A stretch of 63,997 nt of DNA, counting the filler, from Dirinaria sp. TL-2023a (lineage: Eukaryota), in NCBI GenBank assembly GCA_051941275.1. It is 12 parts of 12 records of this genome, joined end to end, with 100 filler letters (N's around TTAATTAATTAA, not from the genome) between each part and the next. Parts side by side here need not be neighbours in the genome. Positions count along the whole stretch, not along the records: positions 32,307 to 37,576 come from JAVEBF010001695.1; positions 37,677 to 42,941 come from JAVEBF010001696.1; positions 43,042 to 48,305 come from JAVEBF010001697.1; positions 48,406 to 53,654 come from JAVEBF010001698.1; 8 more parts are not named here. One strand, written 5' to 3'. The notes beneath the pieces were generated by a model. The model made no database searches. It was not told where the DNA came from and saw only the letters and a list, made by a program, of their open reading frames with translations. The position numbers and the translations under genes are program-made. Positions 35,726-49,148 of the stretch are shown here, piece after piece. Position 1 is the stretch's first letter. The number at the start of each line of letters is the position of its first letter.

Positions 35726-37036
35726 ATGCCCACTGAGCATGGGTCTGGCAATGAATATACCGTGCAAGCGGATACCCTCGAACCATTTGGCTGTACGCTA
35801 TCTCCTCTCTTGTACACCATCCCACCTTGCTGACTTGCGCTAGATCGCAGATTCGAAAGTGCTCAAGACTTCCCGGATCCTCCACCGCTTCCTGCTGCCC
35901 AAGGCATACCTCTATACCACAACTATGAATCGACTCAGGACGACAATTGGGCCGATGGCCTGCTACAAAGATCTGCTGAGCCAGATGGGCCCCATGGAGA
36001 GCTTCCCGAGACGTTCGTTGGTATGTCGACAGCACTGTTTCCACGACATCAGGATAATGCCATGGAGCACTTCTCTCCTTACACCAATGATACACATAAT
36101 CCATTCCACGTAGCAGCTGAGGATGGTATGTCACAAGAGCCTAGGCATGGCCACTATGATCCTTATGGTGTCTCTGGTGCTTATGAGAACTACGGCTCAT
36201 TCCCGGGATACTCCATCAGCCCATACGAGACCTCTTATCAAGCGACACAGAACAGCAACAGCTTTTTCCCAACACCACCTCTGTCAACGAATGTGCCCAA
36301 TTTCTTTGAGAACACCGGCTACGTGCCAACTCAGAGGGGCGTCCAAACTCCACGGAGGCTGCAGTTTGGCTCCGACGCTAGGTTTGTAGGCCTCAACTTC
36401 GTGGCGCCTTCAGAACAAGAGACCGAGGAATCAATAATGAAGAGGAAGATGAACCACCTGGAATGCTTAAAGCCTGAGGAGAGTCCGGCAAGTACACACC
36501 CCTCAAGCCCAGTTTTACCAAAAAAGGGACGCCAAATCAGTGCATACAACGCCGACTCCCAGACCTCACCTTTAACAAGTTCCAACGGAAAAGACCTCAT
36601 CAACACCAGTACGCCAGACCAAAAACCCCGCAAGCGCCGGAAAACAGGACCAGACTCGGACCCCGATTTCGAAGAATCGCAAAACAAACCACCCACCCGC
36701 AAACCCTCGCACCGCACCAAACCCACGACCCCGAAAGCCAACACCGCACCGTCTCGAGAAAACTCGATTTTGGCATCCAAATCACGCCCCGGCAGCGCGA
36801 AATCGAACCGCGCGCACCTGACCGAAGAGCAGAAAAAAACCAACCATATCATCTCGGAGCAAAAACGGCGGGACCTGATCGCGCAGGGATACGAGGGCAT
36901 CAGGCAGCTGGTGCCGGCGCTGAGGGATGTCAAGCACAGCAAAGGCGCGATGCTGGAGAGCGCGGCGGATTGGTTGCAGGATATTGTGCAAACGAATGAG
37001 TTCCTAAGCGCGCAATTGGCTGCTATGAGGAGATAA
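35726..37036 (+). CDS. bHLH transcription factor, Ino2/Ino4-like, with a C-terminal bHLH
   Basis: C-terminal LTEEQKKTNHIISEQKRRDLIAQGYEGIRQLVPAL..SKGAMLESAADWL and an internal LQFGSDARF motif. The 5' exon MPTEHG..PFG splices in frame through a GT-AG intron at about 35793-35843. Confidence 0.88.
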
Positions 37037-38048
37037 TTCTCAAACAGAAAAGTGTCTCCAGGGTAGTAAAAGCGAGCCTTGGCGCAATAATAAGGGCAAA
37101 GGGCGGCGGATCTGATTCGGGGGAAACAAAAAAAAAAAATGGAAATTTGTTCAAGCATGTGATACCCTGGCGCCTGATAACTGGGTTGTATGTATGTTAA
37201 GGTAGAAGTACGGTTTTACCTACCCGGCGTTAGGAGGAGGCGGGAGGCGCTCTCTATCGGTTTTAAAATGGGGCTCTCACGCACCTTTTTTTTTTTTTTT
37301 TTTTTTCCTTCCTCAATTGAGCCCCCCGCGCGCGGGGATTAGAGCAAGCAAGGAGGGCGGTTTTAAATTGTTTTAACTTTTTTTTTCTTTTCTTAAATGC
37401 AAAAGGATGCAAGATGTAGATAAGGTATTTGGAGTAGCTAGGTAGCAGTGGCGCTTGTGGAATGAATGTACATACATACAAAGAGAAGAGAGGTTCTAAG
37501 AGAACCACCCCAGGCAGCTTGAAAGTCAGAATCTATACCCGACACCGATTTAAAATGCGAACGAGCGGTTACTTACNNNNNNNNNNNNNNNNNNNNNNNN
37601 NNNNNNNNNNNNNNNNNNNNTTAATTAATTAANNNNNNNNNNNNNNNNNNNNNNNNNNNNNNNNNNNNNNNNNNNNGTGTTTGTGGGGTGGTGGGATTTC
37701 TTTTTGTCTTTTGCTTTTTGTTTTATTTTGTTTTGTTTGTTTGTGGATTGTCTGTGTGTGAGAGAACTTGCAGCGATGATTAGAGGCTTGTGCTGTTACT
37801 AGAAGCTGTTCACCCATCATCCAGTTTAGAACTATCGTTCATGATATCGTCCTTGAGTGGAAACCAAGCAAGGGGTTGTTTTTCTGAATGTTCATCCTTG
37901 TATCGATGACACAGATTTAGCAAAGATAAAAAGGAGCAGAAGATGGGAGAAACCGGTTATTTCATCTGATCTGTCTCTCTCTCTGTCTCTAACGCTCGTT
38001 CCCGAGAACAGCAATGGGATGGGACGACGATACTAGACTCGTCTGCGC

Positions 38049-38976
38049 CTAAATACTCTCCATCATCCAGAGCCCATCGCTCCCAGACACACCCATACCA
38101 TCGCCATCACCAGCAGCAGCATAAAACTCTTCCTCAACGTCCACAATGCCCTCCTGCTTCAACCCCTTCATCATATTTTCCACCATGCCGTCCATACCAA
38201 AGGCACTAGTCTCCGCTTTGGTGTTCTTGTTGTTATTAGAGGCACCAGTAGTCTTCGAAACACGTCCGCCGATCACCTTGTCTTTCTTCGGGGTCGGAGT
38301 TCCGACGGCGGCTGCTTTCTTGCCGCGAGTAGCTTTCGTCGGGGTGGTGTTGTCGGCCGTATTGTTGTTGTCCTTGCTGGACGTGGCTTCATCGGCTGCG
38401 TTGTCGACTTCGTCTTTGAGCGCCTTCGCCTCGCGCTTGACGATACGGAAACGGCCTTCGATCGAGTCGTAGGTGGCGCCTGTGCATGCGTTGATGAGTT
38501 TCTCTGTTTCTCTCTTTCTCTCTTTGGATGGGGGTTGAGTGGTGCGAAGTTGGGTGGGACATGGATTATTACCTTCTCCGTAGTACATGGCGATTTTCTT
38601 GAAGTCAAGCTGGAGAGTTTGGGTCAGTATACGTTTTGTTTGAGAGGCCGAGGATTGTTTATTTCAATAATCCGAAGACATGGTAGAAAAAAGGGACTTT
38701 GACAAGACCAGAAAAGGCACGACACAAGTATGCCAGTTTTCAAGCACCGGACGCCGGTATAAGTTGATTCAAAACAAAATGCACTCCAGCTCGTACATCA
38801 AACCAGAGGCCAAAGCAGCTTGAGAGAAGGCAGAGAGAACGACTGGCTTGGAACGAAGAAGTAGAAGACGCCTGAAGTGGGATGCTTCGGAAAGAAGTAC
38901 ATACTTTCATATCTTGGGATGCTACTACAGCAGCCAAAAGTCGCTGGAAAGATTCAGCGGACTTCCAGTTCGGCAT
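38049..38976 (-). CDS. Small Myb/SANT-like-domain protein with a basic low-complexity tail (paralog A)
   Basis: Three exons give MPNWKSAESFQRLLAAVVASQDMK|LDFKKIAMYYGE|GATYDSIEGRFRIVKREAKALK..TPTKATRGKK..TPKKDKVIGGRVSK; introns are canonical. Confidence 0.8.
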
Positions 38977-40346
38977 TTTCGAGCTCGAGCTAGAGCTAAT
39001 GGCTTCTTTGAAGTATGGGAGCAAGCTGCAATATGCTGTTTGAGGTCCGGATCTGACCTGATGGAGCTGGCACAGCAAGTCGTATGGGTGGTTTGAGGTT
39101 TTGTTTTGACAGAGATGGTAGCAAGACTTAAGAGAGCGGAAATGACGAAACTTCACTCAGTGAAGCGATCGTGACTTAGAAACTTGGTGGCGAAAAAAGT
39201 GGGTCCAGTGCCAACTTGTACCGAGACTGATGCCACGGAACTGGCAACTAAAGCCGCGATGGAAATAGATTATAGAAATGAATATGGAATACTGGAACCA
39301 GCTTCAAACAGCCTCCAGAGGGGTTTTTCTTTCAGTGATGAAGCAGTGTCTGGCTAAGATCCGTGGTAGGTAGAGCATTAAGGGAAATCCACTGCCCCTT
39401 TTATACCGCACCTCGAGGTCTATGGTACAAACCACACCCTAGTCAATGGATTGTGTCTCTCTTCTATTGCTTAATCACAATTATCATAGCAACCACGACG
39501 TCTCACCGCCGCTTTGATTTTACGCAGCTGCACAACAAAGCGTAGTATGACTCACAGATGTCTACGTAATTCATCAACGCCTTTGAAATGAAAATCTGGA
39601 CAGCTTGTGCCGTAGCACATTGGCACTGTATGGAAACGTAGGGAAACGTAGGCAAGAGCTGTCTGATATCACACCTGCAGTGTTCCGTGCCGAAGACGAA
39701 GGAACCTTCATAACCATGGGCCAATTGAGAACTCCCCAGGGCTCAGTGCGTCTTCGTAGGATGACACCTGTTGGAGCGGGAGTCCACTGGAAAAGCTAGC
39801 CCACAACTACACTCTGTGATTCGAGCTGTAGAACAGCTGGAGGTCCGAGTTGTGGTTGTGTCAAAGGTCCCGGAAAGGTGAGCGGGGAAGTTTGAGCAGA
39901 CTTCCAACTGCAAGCTTTAGAAGCCTGCAATGCAGTGTCCGTTTGGCTTGTCAGATGCGAGCTAGACTCTAAGTTTGAGAGTATGATACCTATGGAGGAT
40001 TGATTCTTGGTGTTGCTGGGGTCTCGACTGAACGCGTCGTGAGAGCGCGGAGACGCGACTTCCTGCATGACATGCATTCCGCCAGCTGCATGCACTACGG
40101 CAACTAATCGGCCAGCATTCGTCAACGAGCGGTCAACCGAAAGACAACCTACGCTGTCGAGATTTTTACGAGCTTAAGGTACTGCGGAGTAGAGGGAGTC
40201 ATGGCGGATTTCCCGTAATGAGAGAGAGGCGGAGTTCGAGGTAAAGATTGCTTGGCGTCTCTGCGACTAACTCTGCAGAGAAGGAGCTACTGACTATGAA
40301 GAGAGAACCCTTCCTCCGCTTTGATATTCGAAGGCCATGAGCTAAT

Positions 40347-41060
40347 TCAAATATGGTCATCGGCACGCTCCACCTTCACACCACGCTCCTGTCCAAACTC
40401 AACGTCCGTGGGACTCAAGTCGCTCTCGGATTTCTCGGTATGAGCCATGGTCTTATCGTTTTCGTCTTTAACATCTTTGATGTCCATGAAAGAGTCTGCC
40501 GTCTTCTTATCCTCCTTCTTGACCTTCTTGCGCGGAGAGGCTCGAGGCTTGGTAACATGACCAGAGACGGTTTTCTTGTTCGCAGCAGTCCCAACAGGGG
40601 TCTTGGGAGGAGTCATCGACTGCGAGGCGTTCATCTCGTCGTCGTTCATGGATTCGTCGCCGCTGGTCAGGTCAGCTTCATTTTGAGAGTACATTTCGGT
40701 TATGGTCTTACCTGTCGTTTGTAGTGGCTTTCTTGCCACGGCCGCCAACTTTTCCTTTGTTGCTGGTTGTAGTGGCTTTAACAGTAGACGTTTTGGAAGC
40801 TGAGGCAGGTAACTTGCCGTCCTTCACGTTGCGCTTAATCTTAGATACGCGGAGTTGAATGCACTGGACCGGGACGTTTTCTCCTTTCTGAATGTTAGCT
40901 TGATACTTTCATTGCATATCTGGGTCAAGATGAACGTACCGAAGTCCTTCGCAATATCCTCATAATGCTTGTTGATCTCCACATGTTTCAAGACGGAGAC
41001 GAGGAGTTTTGCGTCGTTGGAGGGATCGGTCCAATCCACGATTTTGAAGCCACGAGGCAT
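40347..41060 (-). CDS. Small Myb/SANT-like-domain protein with a basic low-complexity tail (paralog B)
   Basis: Three exons give MPRGFKIVDWTDPSNDAKLLVSVLKHVEINKHYEDIAKDF|GENVPVQCIQLRVSKIKRN..GGRGKK..|..TPPKTP..KKTVSGHVTKPRASPRKK. Confidence 0.75.
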
Positions 41061-42884
41061 GGTGACAGTGATGAAAGCTGATGAGAGACTTCTTAGTGAC
41101 GCTGGGCTATTTGATGAAGAACAGATTAGAAGGAGCACTGTGCCGCAGAAGAACAGAGTACGGATTGATTTTCTTGAGCGGGGTGATCGCGAAGAGAAGA
41201 TGGTACTGGTGAGGATGAAAGAAACCTCTGGAGATGGAGGAGTGACATTCAATTCAGATCAGCTACTAGACGAACTGACTCACCTTCTGATGGTGTGTTT
41301 TAGACAAGGAAGTATGATACAGAGGTGCTTACAAGGAGAGAGTTGCAAAAGGATGAGTGGACTGGAAGAGAAGTGAGTCTTGAAGGGACAGAAAGTGAAT
41401 GTGACTTTCTTAGGCTTAGCGGATTTGGCAGGTGGGTCAAATGGGCACCTGCTATTGGTTCCAAGGTCGCTGATATTGTTCGTAAGCGAGTTTACTGATT
41501 CCAGGTATCAGTCATGGGATCAGCTAAGCCTTTAATGGTGAATAGAGCAAGATTCCAAATGTATCAGCGGTGTATCTGGAGCAATCTCGGGGTACTAGCA
41601 GGTTGGGCACTTATTTTTCAAGATACGAGAAGTCTCACCTTGATGAGAGTACGGGTAGATACGATAGGCATAGATCTTAGTTATGAGAACCCACATGACT
41701 TCACGTCCGATATATCAAGTGCCTAGATAAAAACAATCGCCCCCAGTGCACTATCGTAGAGGAGTGCATAATTTATGAGCCCACGTTGTCGACCTTTGGC
41801 CTGGCCACTTCTGACCATTTCTGCATCGGAATGCGGATCTGGTATAGTGTGGCTTTTCCTCATTCACTTGTGTTTCAATCTATGGAGTTAATGCAAAAGG
41901 TCCGAGAGAGATCTACTGACAGGTACCTTCCGTATGTGACGAGTCGCAACTAGGCAAAATGCAACAGTCTTCACGCTTGGACCTCACATGAAAGACGCGT
42001 CGCACCGCTCATCCAGCGAATGCCGCCCGCAATACCCCTTCAAAACTATCACCAGGCAGCAGGATTTAGCCCTCCTGCCCATATTGAAAATCTGCAGAAA
42101 AATACAAGCGCTTGTAGAAGTTACGTATGAAGTTGAAGCAGAGTTTGCCAGCTTAACGTAAGCGACCGTAGACCCACTTTTTACCGCCAGTTTTTGTGGC
42201 TTGGCAGGGGTACTTTTAGCGCCAAGCATCCCTGCTCGAATATGACTCAAGCCCGGATACCCTTCTGTAGTGATCTGTATCTACGGTCTGAGCTGTGCGC
42301 CAGTGTTGAGGTCGTTGCAGAAACATTGAGAGTGGCTACAGCTATTGGCTGCAGATTACGTAAAGATGTGTCAATGGGTCAATGCGAGCGCAGAGCGGGC
42401 GAGAGAAAAGAAGAGTGAGGATGGCATTCAACGAGGAGCGAAGACTAGTATCATTCCTCCTGCTAAAGGGTTCCTTAACACTGAATACGATGATATCGAA
42501 TATCCCTGCTTGAATTCCGCTCGCTAGACAGCCTCACCCCAAGAAAACCTTAGTACGTGCACGATTCTGGTGGGATTTGTATCAAATTTCCCTTTCGTTA
42601 CCTTAACCAGGCAATGACGAGAAAGCTATCTTGATAATCACCCCGTACCTTTTCTCAATCCCGCTAGCGAGCACTCGGAAGTCGAATCTTATCTCACTTT
42701 CGTCATCCGATCTCTTTTGATCTCCATCTCGCTTGCTCGGCCTCTGGCTTTCTCTTGTTCTCATCACTTCAGCCTGCTTTCATCTCCACCTTCCTCCTCC
42801 AAACCGATTCCAACTCGTCCCAACCGGCGCTCATCCAAAAATCACCTCGCCAGTACCCTTCCCCGACCTCAATCAATAATCAAA

Positions 42885-42920
42885 ATGCCCATCAAATGGA
42901 CCCCCGAGAACGATCAGGTG
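42885..42920 (+). CDS. First exon of a probable third small Myb/SANT-like protein (paralog C), truncated
   Basis: CAAAATG start context, MPIKWTPENDQV followed directly by a GTAAGC donor, and a CT-rich 5' leader. The W-T-x-E-x-D start is typical of Myb/SANT helix 1. Confidence 0.55.
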
Positions 42921-43652
42921 GTAAGCCGAACCCCTCATCCCNNNNNNNNNNNNNNNNNNNNNNNNNNNNNNNNNNNNNNNNNNNNTTAATTAATTAANNN
43001 NNNNNNNNNNNNNNNNNNNNNNNNNNNNNNNNNNNNNNNNNCCGCCGCGCCTTCGCCAAGGCCAACCGTACACCCCCTCGCCCCCACCAAATGCGCCTAG
43101 GCTGATCACTTCTCCAGGTAAAGGCTTACATAAGTTAAGGACTCTATCAATGCACGATGCCCCTCTCGGTCGCCAGTCACCCCGTGACCCCACCCTGCAC
43201 TTCTGTGCGATAACAGCAAACGATCGAGACTCGCATGCGTTTCGATGAGTTGTTTGGGCTAATGTACATGTAGGGAGCTACAGTAGCAACGCACCCACGT
43301 GGGGAATCGACCTGCAGTCAAGTTCCGAGCGCGCGGAAACCAATAAATGCCGGCCTTGATGGCGCAGTGAAAGGCTGGACTGGTGGTTACAGTATCCAAC
43401 CAAACTGATTTGTGCTCAGGTGACTACTAGACTCGGAACCGTTGAATTCACTCTCCGTAGTTCAAGGCTGAGCATAGCTTGGTACGAGAGCCGCACGGTA
43501 GCCTAATAGCCTTGTCCACCGTTGATTCACCCATATAGTGCAAGTCACTTCCTTGCTCTCCCGGTGGCATTAGGCTGAACACGGATTACCCACCTTCATC
43601 AGAGACTGCTGATCCGGAGAGCCGCAGTCGATCCCTTCTCATCATCCCAGTC

Positions 43653-45921
43653 ATGAAGGAGAAGACCTTGGAGAAGATTACAACCGACATGTCGAATCTG
43701 ACTGTCGAAGAAGCAGACGACTCCTCGGATCGCAAGCTGCTGATCGCTGTCGACTTCGGTACCACGTTCTCCGGCGTCGCCTGGGCCCAGACGAGAAGAG
43801 TGAGTAGGCCGCGTACTGTAGACTGAGTATGTGTATCCTGAGAATCCACAGCCTGACGTTCAAACAATCATCATCCAATGGCCCGACGCTGCCAATGGCG
43901 GCCTTGAAGGTGTGAGCAGTGACAAAGTTCCCACGTAAGTTCTTGCTCTTTCCCTTCAAAGACTCCCCAGCATCGTTTCCAGCTTTCGCCATATGTGAAG
44001 TCTTCCCAGTCATGGCTAGCGAAAATGGTTGATGGCCTGCGTCATTGACAACACTGCTAGCGAACTGCGCTATGAGGGCGATACATGTCATTGGGGTTTC
44101 CAAGTCGACGACTTCGGTTCAAGACACCAATGGTTCAAGCTCGACCTCGACCCTTCGCAGTCCCGTGGCGTCTCCGATCTAAGCAGGCAGTATCCAGATC
44201 AGCATGCTCTTCCGCCGACCTACACCCAAAATGCGGAGAAGCTTTGCACCGACTACCTTACCGCTCTACGTACGCATACCGAGAAAGTTCTGAATTACAA
44301 GCTTCCTCAGAGTGTTTTGAAGACGACTCCCATTGAGTACATCATCACTGTCCCAGCTGTCTGGTCCGACACCGCCCAGGCCAAAACTCGTGCGTGTGCC
44401 GAGAATGCTGGAATGGGGAAGGCCCTGCAAATCATATCCGAGCCGGAAGCCGCTGCTATATATGCACTGCATGCCATGGATCCACACAGTATCAAAATCG
44501 GCGACACTTTCGTCCTTTGCGATGCTGGTGGGGGTACTGTCGATCTTATCTCTTATACCGTCTCCGAATTGAAGCCCATCCTCCAGGTTGAAGAGGCAGC
44601 GATGGGATCTGGACGTATTTGCGGGAGTACTTTCCTGAACCGCATCTTCCAGGTAAGCGCGAACGTTCTTTGTTTCGAACATTTTGCGCGTTGTAACAAG
44701 ACTTCGAAGACTAGTTCGACGCATTACTGACGACCACTCATTTAGAAATTCCTGGTAGACAAACTTGGGTTGAACGAGGAGTGGGACGATGAAGTTGTTG
44801 AAGATGCGATGAAGCGCTTTGATCTTCACACAAAGAAGGTTTTCCGTGGTGATCTGAATGAAGAATATATTATTCCAGGTAAGCCGAGAATTTCTCCTCG
44901 ATTGTAATCGTGTTAAAGAAATGAGCTGGTGAAGACTCCTTGGAGAGGTTGTCGACGACTCTCTGCGTCCATTACTGCTTACCTTACTTACGTTACCGTC
45001 TTGCTCCTGGAGCACAGTGACGGCATTGAGCTGACTGCCAATAGTGCCCGGCCTGGCCGACGACCCTCAAAATGGCGTCCGTCGCGGCAAATTTCGCATG
45101 TCCGGCCAGGAAGTCTTAAGCATCTTCCAGCCCGTCGTCGAAGAAGTCATAACCCTCGTCAAAGGCCAAATTGCAGCCACAAACAAGAAGGTCAATGCAG
45201 TGCTTCTGGTGGGAGGCTTCGGCCAGTCAGCATATCTGCGCGAAACCATCCGAGCAAACATAGATCCTGGCGTCGAAGTCATGCAGCCTCCCAACGGTTG
45301 GACAGCGGTCGTAAGGGGCGCTTTGATGAAGGGTCTGAGCAAACTCGCGCCGACCACAGAGAGGGTCAAGGTTGCGGCTCGGACTGCTAGAAAGCATTAC
45401 GGCACCGAGATCATGAGTAAGTACGACAGCGCAAAGCACGCCAAAGCGACCAACTTCTGGGATGAATACGACGGCGAGTATAAAGTCTATGACATGTCCT
45501 GGTTCATAACCAAACACTCGCCCGTGACTGAGGATAAATCCTTTGTCAAGCATTATCATAAGGTGAAAGACGACGTGATGATCTCCTGGGCCGAATGGGA
45601 TGCTAATCTCGCTTCTAGGTTTGGCTCGTGAGCGAAGGAACGCGCCAGAGCGTTGCTCAGGATATACTCATGTATGAAGATCCGCTCGATACCGGCGCCC
45701 CCATCTACAAAGACGGGACCAATGTCAAGCATCTGGCACGACTGACCGCAGATCTGAGCTGTATTCCGTCCGGCGAGCTGACGAAGAAGATGGGCAAGGA
45801 TGGCCGATGGTACTATGTCGTCTATTATGACATCGAGATGACGTACTACAGCGCAAGCACGAAGTATGCGATGGTCTATAAAGGGGTCAGGTATGATAGT
45901 ATCACGGCGGAGTACGTTTGA
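43653..45921 (+). CDS. Atypical fungal Hsp70-like (HSPA12-like) actin-fold ATPase, 6 exons
   Basis: Motifs IAVDFGTTFSGVAW, DKVPT|ELRY, QWFKL, ITVPAVWSD, ISEPEAAA, VLCDAGGGTVDLISY, LLVGGFGQSAYL, TAVVRGA and ARKHYG. Confidence 0.93.
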
Positions 45922-46901
45922 TCTCAGATCATTCAGAGGATATATGTGCGGTGGTAGTACTATGTTTGGAGCTTTCTCTGACGTACCGATTATCTATCTC
46001 ACTTCTTGGTTCATTTGTGTTACCTCAACCATCGAATTTCCTTTTGGTTGTAATTCCACCCACACAAACTCCAGTGACCTTCTCAATTGCAGAGAATCAT
46101 TTCTGTCATCGCTATCTCCATAGAAGGTAGTTTGTGTTGCGGAGGCCAATACGCGATTGCTCCAGGTTTCTTGAACTCTGGCAGTGATTTTGCCGCACGC
46201 AACAAATACGCTGCATGTATTATCCATATTGAAGTATGAAGTTGGGTGAGGATATGCATGAAAGCGTGTAAATTGCTAACTGACAGAAGGCCAGGTTCTG
46301 AGACCATGGCCCGAGGTTTCTGCGCTAACCGTTTTAGGTCTACTTGTAGTGATCCTGACATAAGAAGATGGAGGCTCAACCTCAAAGAAATCTCCATCCC
46401 GACATTCGTTAAAGTGATTTTCTCCGACATCGCATCGCAAAGAGCATTTTTATTCGATACGTGTTTTCTGAGGATCACAGTTCCGATTCGACCTCCAAGT
46501 GAGGCTAACGCTCGTTCAGATCGAATCTTGATACCTCAGCTTCGAAACCTCTGATGTTATCATTCACCTTCTGCAATAGCATCCACAAGCTCCCTCGAAC
46601 AAGCTACAGCGCCCGCCTTATTCTACTAATGTCAAGCATACCTCTTGAATCATAAAATACGCGCCAATGATATAGGTTCGCCAAATGACCACATCCCGTG
46701 TGGTCATACCCGACTTCGCGCCTCAAGCACATCCGACCGATGTATTTCACTCTGCACTCTGCAGTAGTATCATTATCCTCTGTCTTTCTGTTTCCTACTT
46801 CCGTACCTTGCATAAGGCTCAGTCTTACCTTAGCAAGTATACACGGCTGCATTTCCTTCTTGCTGTTTCACATTCCCGATTTCCCTCCAAAATACACAAC
46901 A

Positions 46902-47435
46902 ATGCATTATTTGAGCATTATAACCTTCTTCGTCTTCTCCCTACTGAAACTCCCCACCATACTCGCTCTCACCCTCCCTCTGACCTCCAATAACCCCGCG
47001 TCTCTGCTCACCCTCAACAACCACACCAATACCCACATTCCCCTCTATCTTCCCGAAGCCGTCTGCGTCCGCATTACTGACCCGCCAATGATCGGTCTGA
47101 ACCCGTCCAACTGCGAAACTGCTGCCCTTGCTACCTGTGTGCGCCTAGCCAGGAGATTTGATCATCATCATGTCATCACCGGGAGGTGGATCTGGACCGA
47201 CGAGCTGGAGGGGTGCGCTATTGGTTATTACCTGCCTCAGGGGGCCATTGCGCCGAGCGTTGAAATTTGTGAGGACGTGGTTTTGAAAGGAATCATAGAC
47301 AAGTGTGCCACCGATTCGAGGTTCAATGCTGGCTCGCGGAATGTGCGGAGATTGCCGAGCTTTGCGGATGATGGCACGGCGGTTGTTGAGACGGAGCTGA
47401 GGTATCTGATGGCGCCTGAGAGGTTGACGTTGTAG
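46902..47435 (+). CDS. Small secreted cysteine-rich protein (candidate effector)
   Basis: 177 aa from ATG 46902, hydrophobic signal peptide (MHYLSIITFFVFSLLKLPTILA), six Cys in the mature region, intronless. Confidence 0.75.
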   Translation: MHYLSIITFFVFSLLKLPTILALTLPLTSNNPASLLTLNNHTNTHIPLYLPEAVCVRITDPPMIGLNPSNCETAALATCVRLARRFDHHHVITGRWIWTDELEGCAIGYYLPQGAIAPSVEICEDVVLKGIIDKCATDSRFNAGSRNVRRLPSFADDGTAVVETELRYLMAPERLTL

Positions 47436-48405
47436 TGTAGGGTTTTGATGGAGGGATTGTTGATTTTGTGGGAGGGAGTCTTTGCTTGTGCATAAGAAGG
47501 GATAGGCCAGAAACCAAGAGGTGCGTAGTTCAGCTGTGCTGCTGATGCAGAAGGGAAACAATTGATTATGCACAACTGTATAAACCGAAATAGACGAAGA
47601 CTTATCGACAGAACTGTGTCGAACAGCTCTCTGAGGTCTAGATTGCTGACAGAAAGAGAACACACTCATTGGTCCCATGCTCTATGCTCTACAAGAAGGA
47701 AAAGGTCCTTCCGGAGCCTCGAACAAGATATTCAGCTCCTTTGTGACAGACTTATTAATTCATAATTACCAAGCCCATATTATCCTGTTCTTCTCTTCCC
47801 TCACCCCGCGAGCCTCGTCTCTGCCATCACGGCCCCTCTTCAAGTACATGCGGCGCCGATAATGAACGCCTCTGCTCACCTCCGTATATTCAAGCTGCAT
47901 TCAGCTCAGTACCGTCCGAAACCCTGCTTTTGAGCGAGACTATCTAGCTGCCCCGCATGGGCGCAGATAGAAAGAAGAATTTGACCGTCTGCAGTTGGAG
48001 TTCATCGACATTGTGCTTGGATTCGAAGCGGGGATTGTGTTCGATGGGAAAGAAAGAAAAAAGAAGAAAGAAAGAGAAAAAAAAAAGAAAGGAAGGAAGG
48101 AGAAATCGATTTTGGGGGTTTATCTATGAATAAGAGGGTGCAAAGGTCAAGTTACACAATGGAGGAGAGGGGGAAAGGGTTATGCTTTACCCGCGCGTAC
48201 CTCAAATCAGAAAAGAAACTTGATGCATGTATGTATTCATCTTCTGTATCCCACAAGTAATAATCCCCTCCCTCCGTCCCTTGGTCATCGAGATATATAC
48301 GTACCNNNNNNNNNNNNNNNNNNNNNNNNNNNNNNNNNNNNNNNNNNNNTTAATTAATTAANNNNNNNNNNNNNNNNNNNNNNNNNNNNNNNNNNNNNNN
48401 NNNNN

Positions 48406-49148
48406 CTTGGTTGGGCGCTTAGGCCCTTCTCTGCTGATGTGTGAGTAAAAAGGTAGTTAAATGTTGGAGCAAGAGCAGGGGTCTTACCGATCATCGCTTT
48501 GATGACCTTGACCGTCCCGACTCGCAGCGGGAAGTCTCCCACATACCCAAGGTACCCGCGCCCGATCTTCGTGAAAGCCGATGGGCACGCGCTGTCGTGG
48601 CCTTGGATGCTCGCAATGTCCCCGGTGTCCTCCAGCCAGGGGTAGTACAGCTTGTCTCGATCCTCGACGCCTTCGATGTGGACCGCCTTGATCGGATAGT
48701 TCAGGTTCATCTCGGCGGCGGCGGCAGCGGCAGGCGCAAAGGTTCCCTGCGAAGCTGGGTGGAGGTAGAGGTTGGTGCGTGTGTAGGCGAAGAGGTCGGA
48801 GGAAGCGTGCGTCCACATTGGGATGCCGAGTTCTCGGAACATGCAGTCGAGCCCAGCTGCTGTCGACGTGGCGGCGAATCTGAACGCCAGGATCACCGTG
48901 CCTCCTGTCTTGATGTATTCGTACAGCAGCCGGCGGAGGTCCTCGCTCTCAGGCAAGGTCAGGGCGTTGTCGGGGAGGACGGCCACTTTGGGCCGTTTTT
49001 GCTTGATGACTGTTTGCAGGTGTTGCGGCTCCGTCACGACTTCGGCCTGGTACTTCTCCACGAGCTTGTCTAGGTTCTCGCTTATCTGTGGATCGAAGCG
49101 GTGGGAGCTCTGGAGTCGGATGAGTACAACAGAAGCAGTGGTGGCCAT
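48406..49148 (-). CDS. Conserved fungal hypothetical protein, probable class I glutamine-amidotransferase-like alpha/beta fold, 3' truncated
   Basis: From ATG 49148: RPKVAVLPDNAL..LYEYIKTGGTVIL..YTRT..KAVHIEGV..PSAFTKIGRGYLGYVGD. GC3-rich codons begin near 49148, so the longer ORF upstream is probably UTR. Confidence 0.65.

Noticed and set aside
43290..43330. tRNA-like T-loop (GGGGAATCGACC) and CCCACGTGGG palindrome
   Set aside because: The T-loop lacks a base and no cloverleaf forms. A single E-box palindrome is not enough to call a regulatory site.
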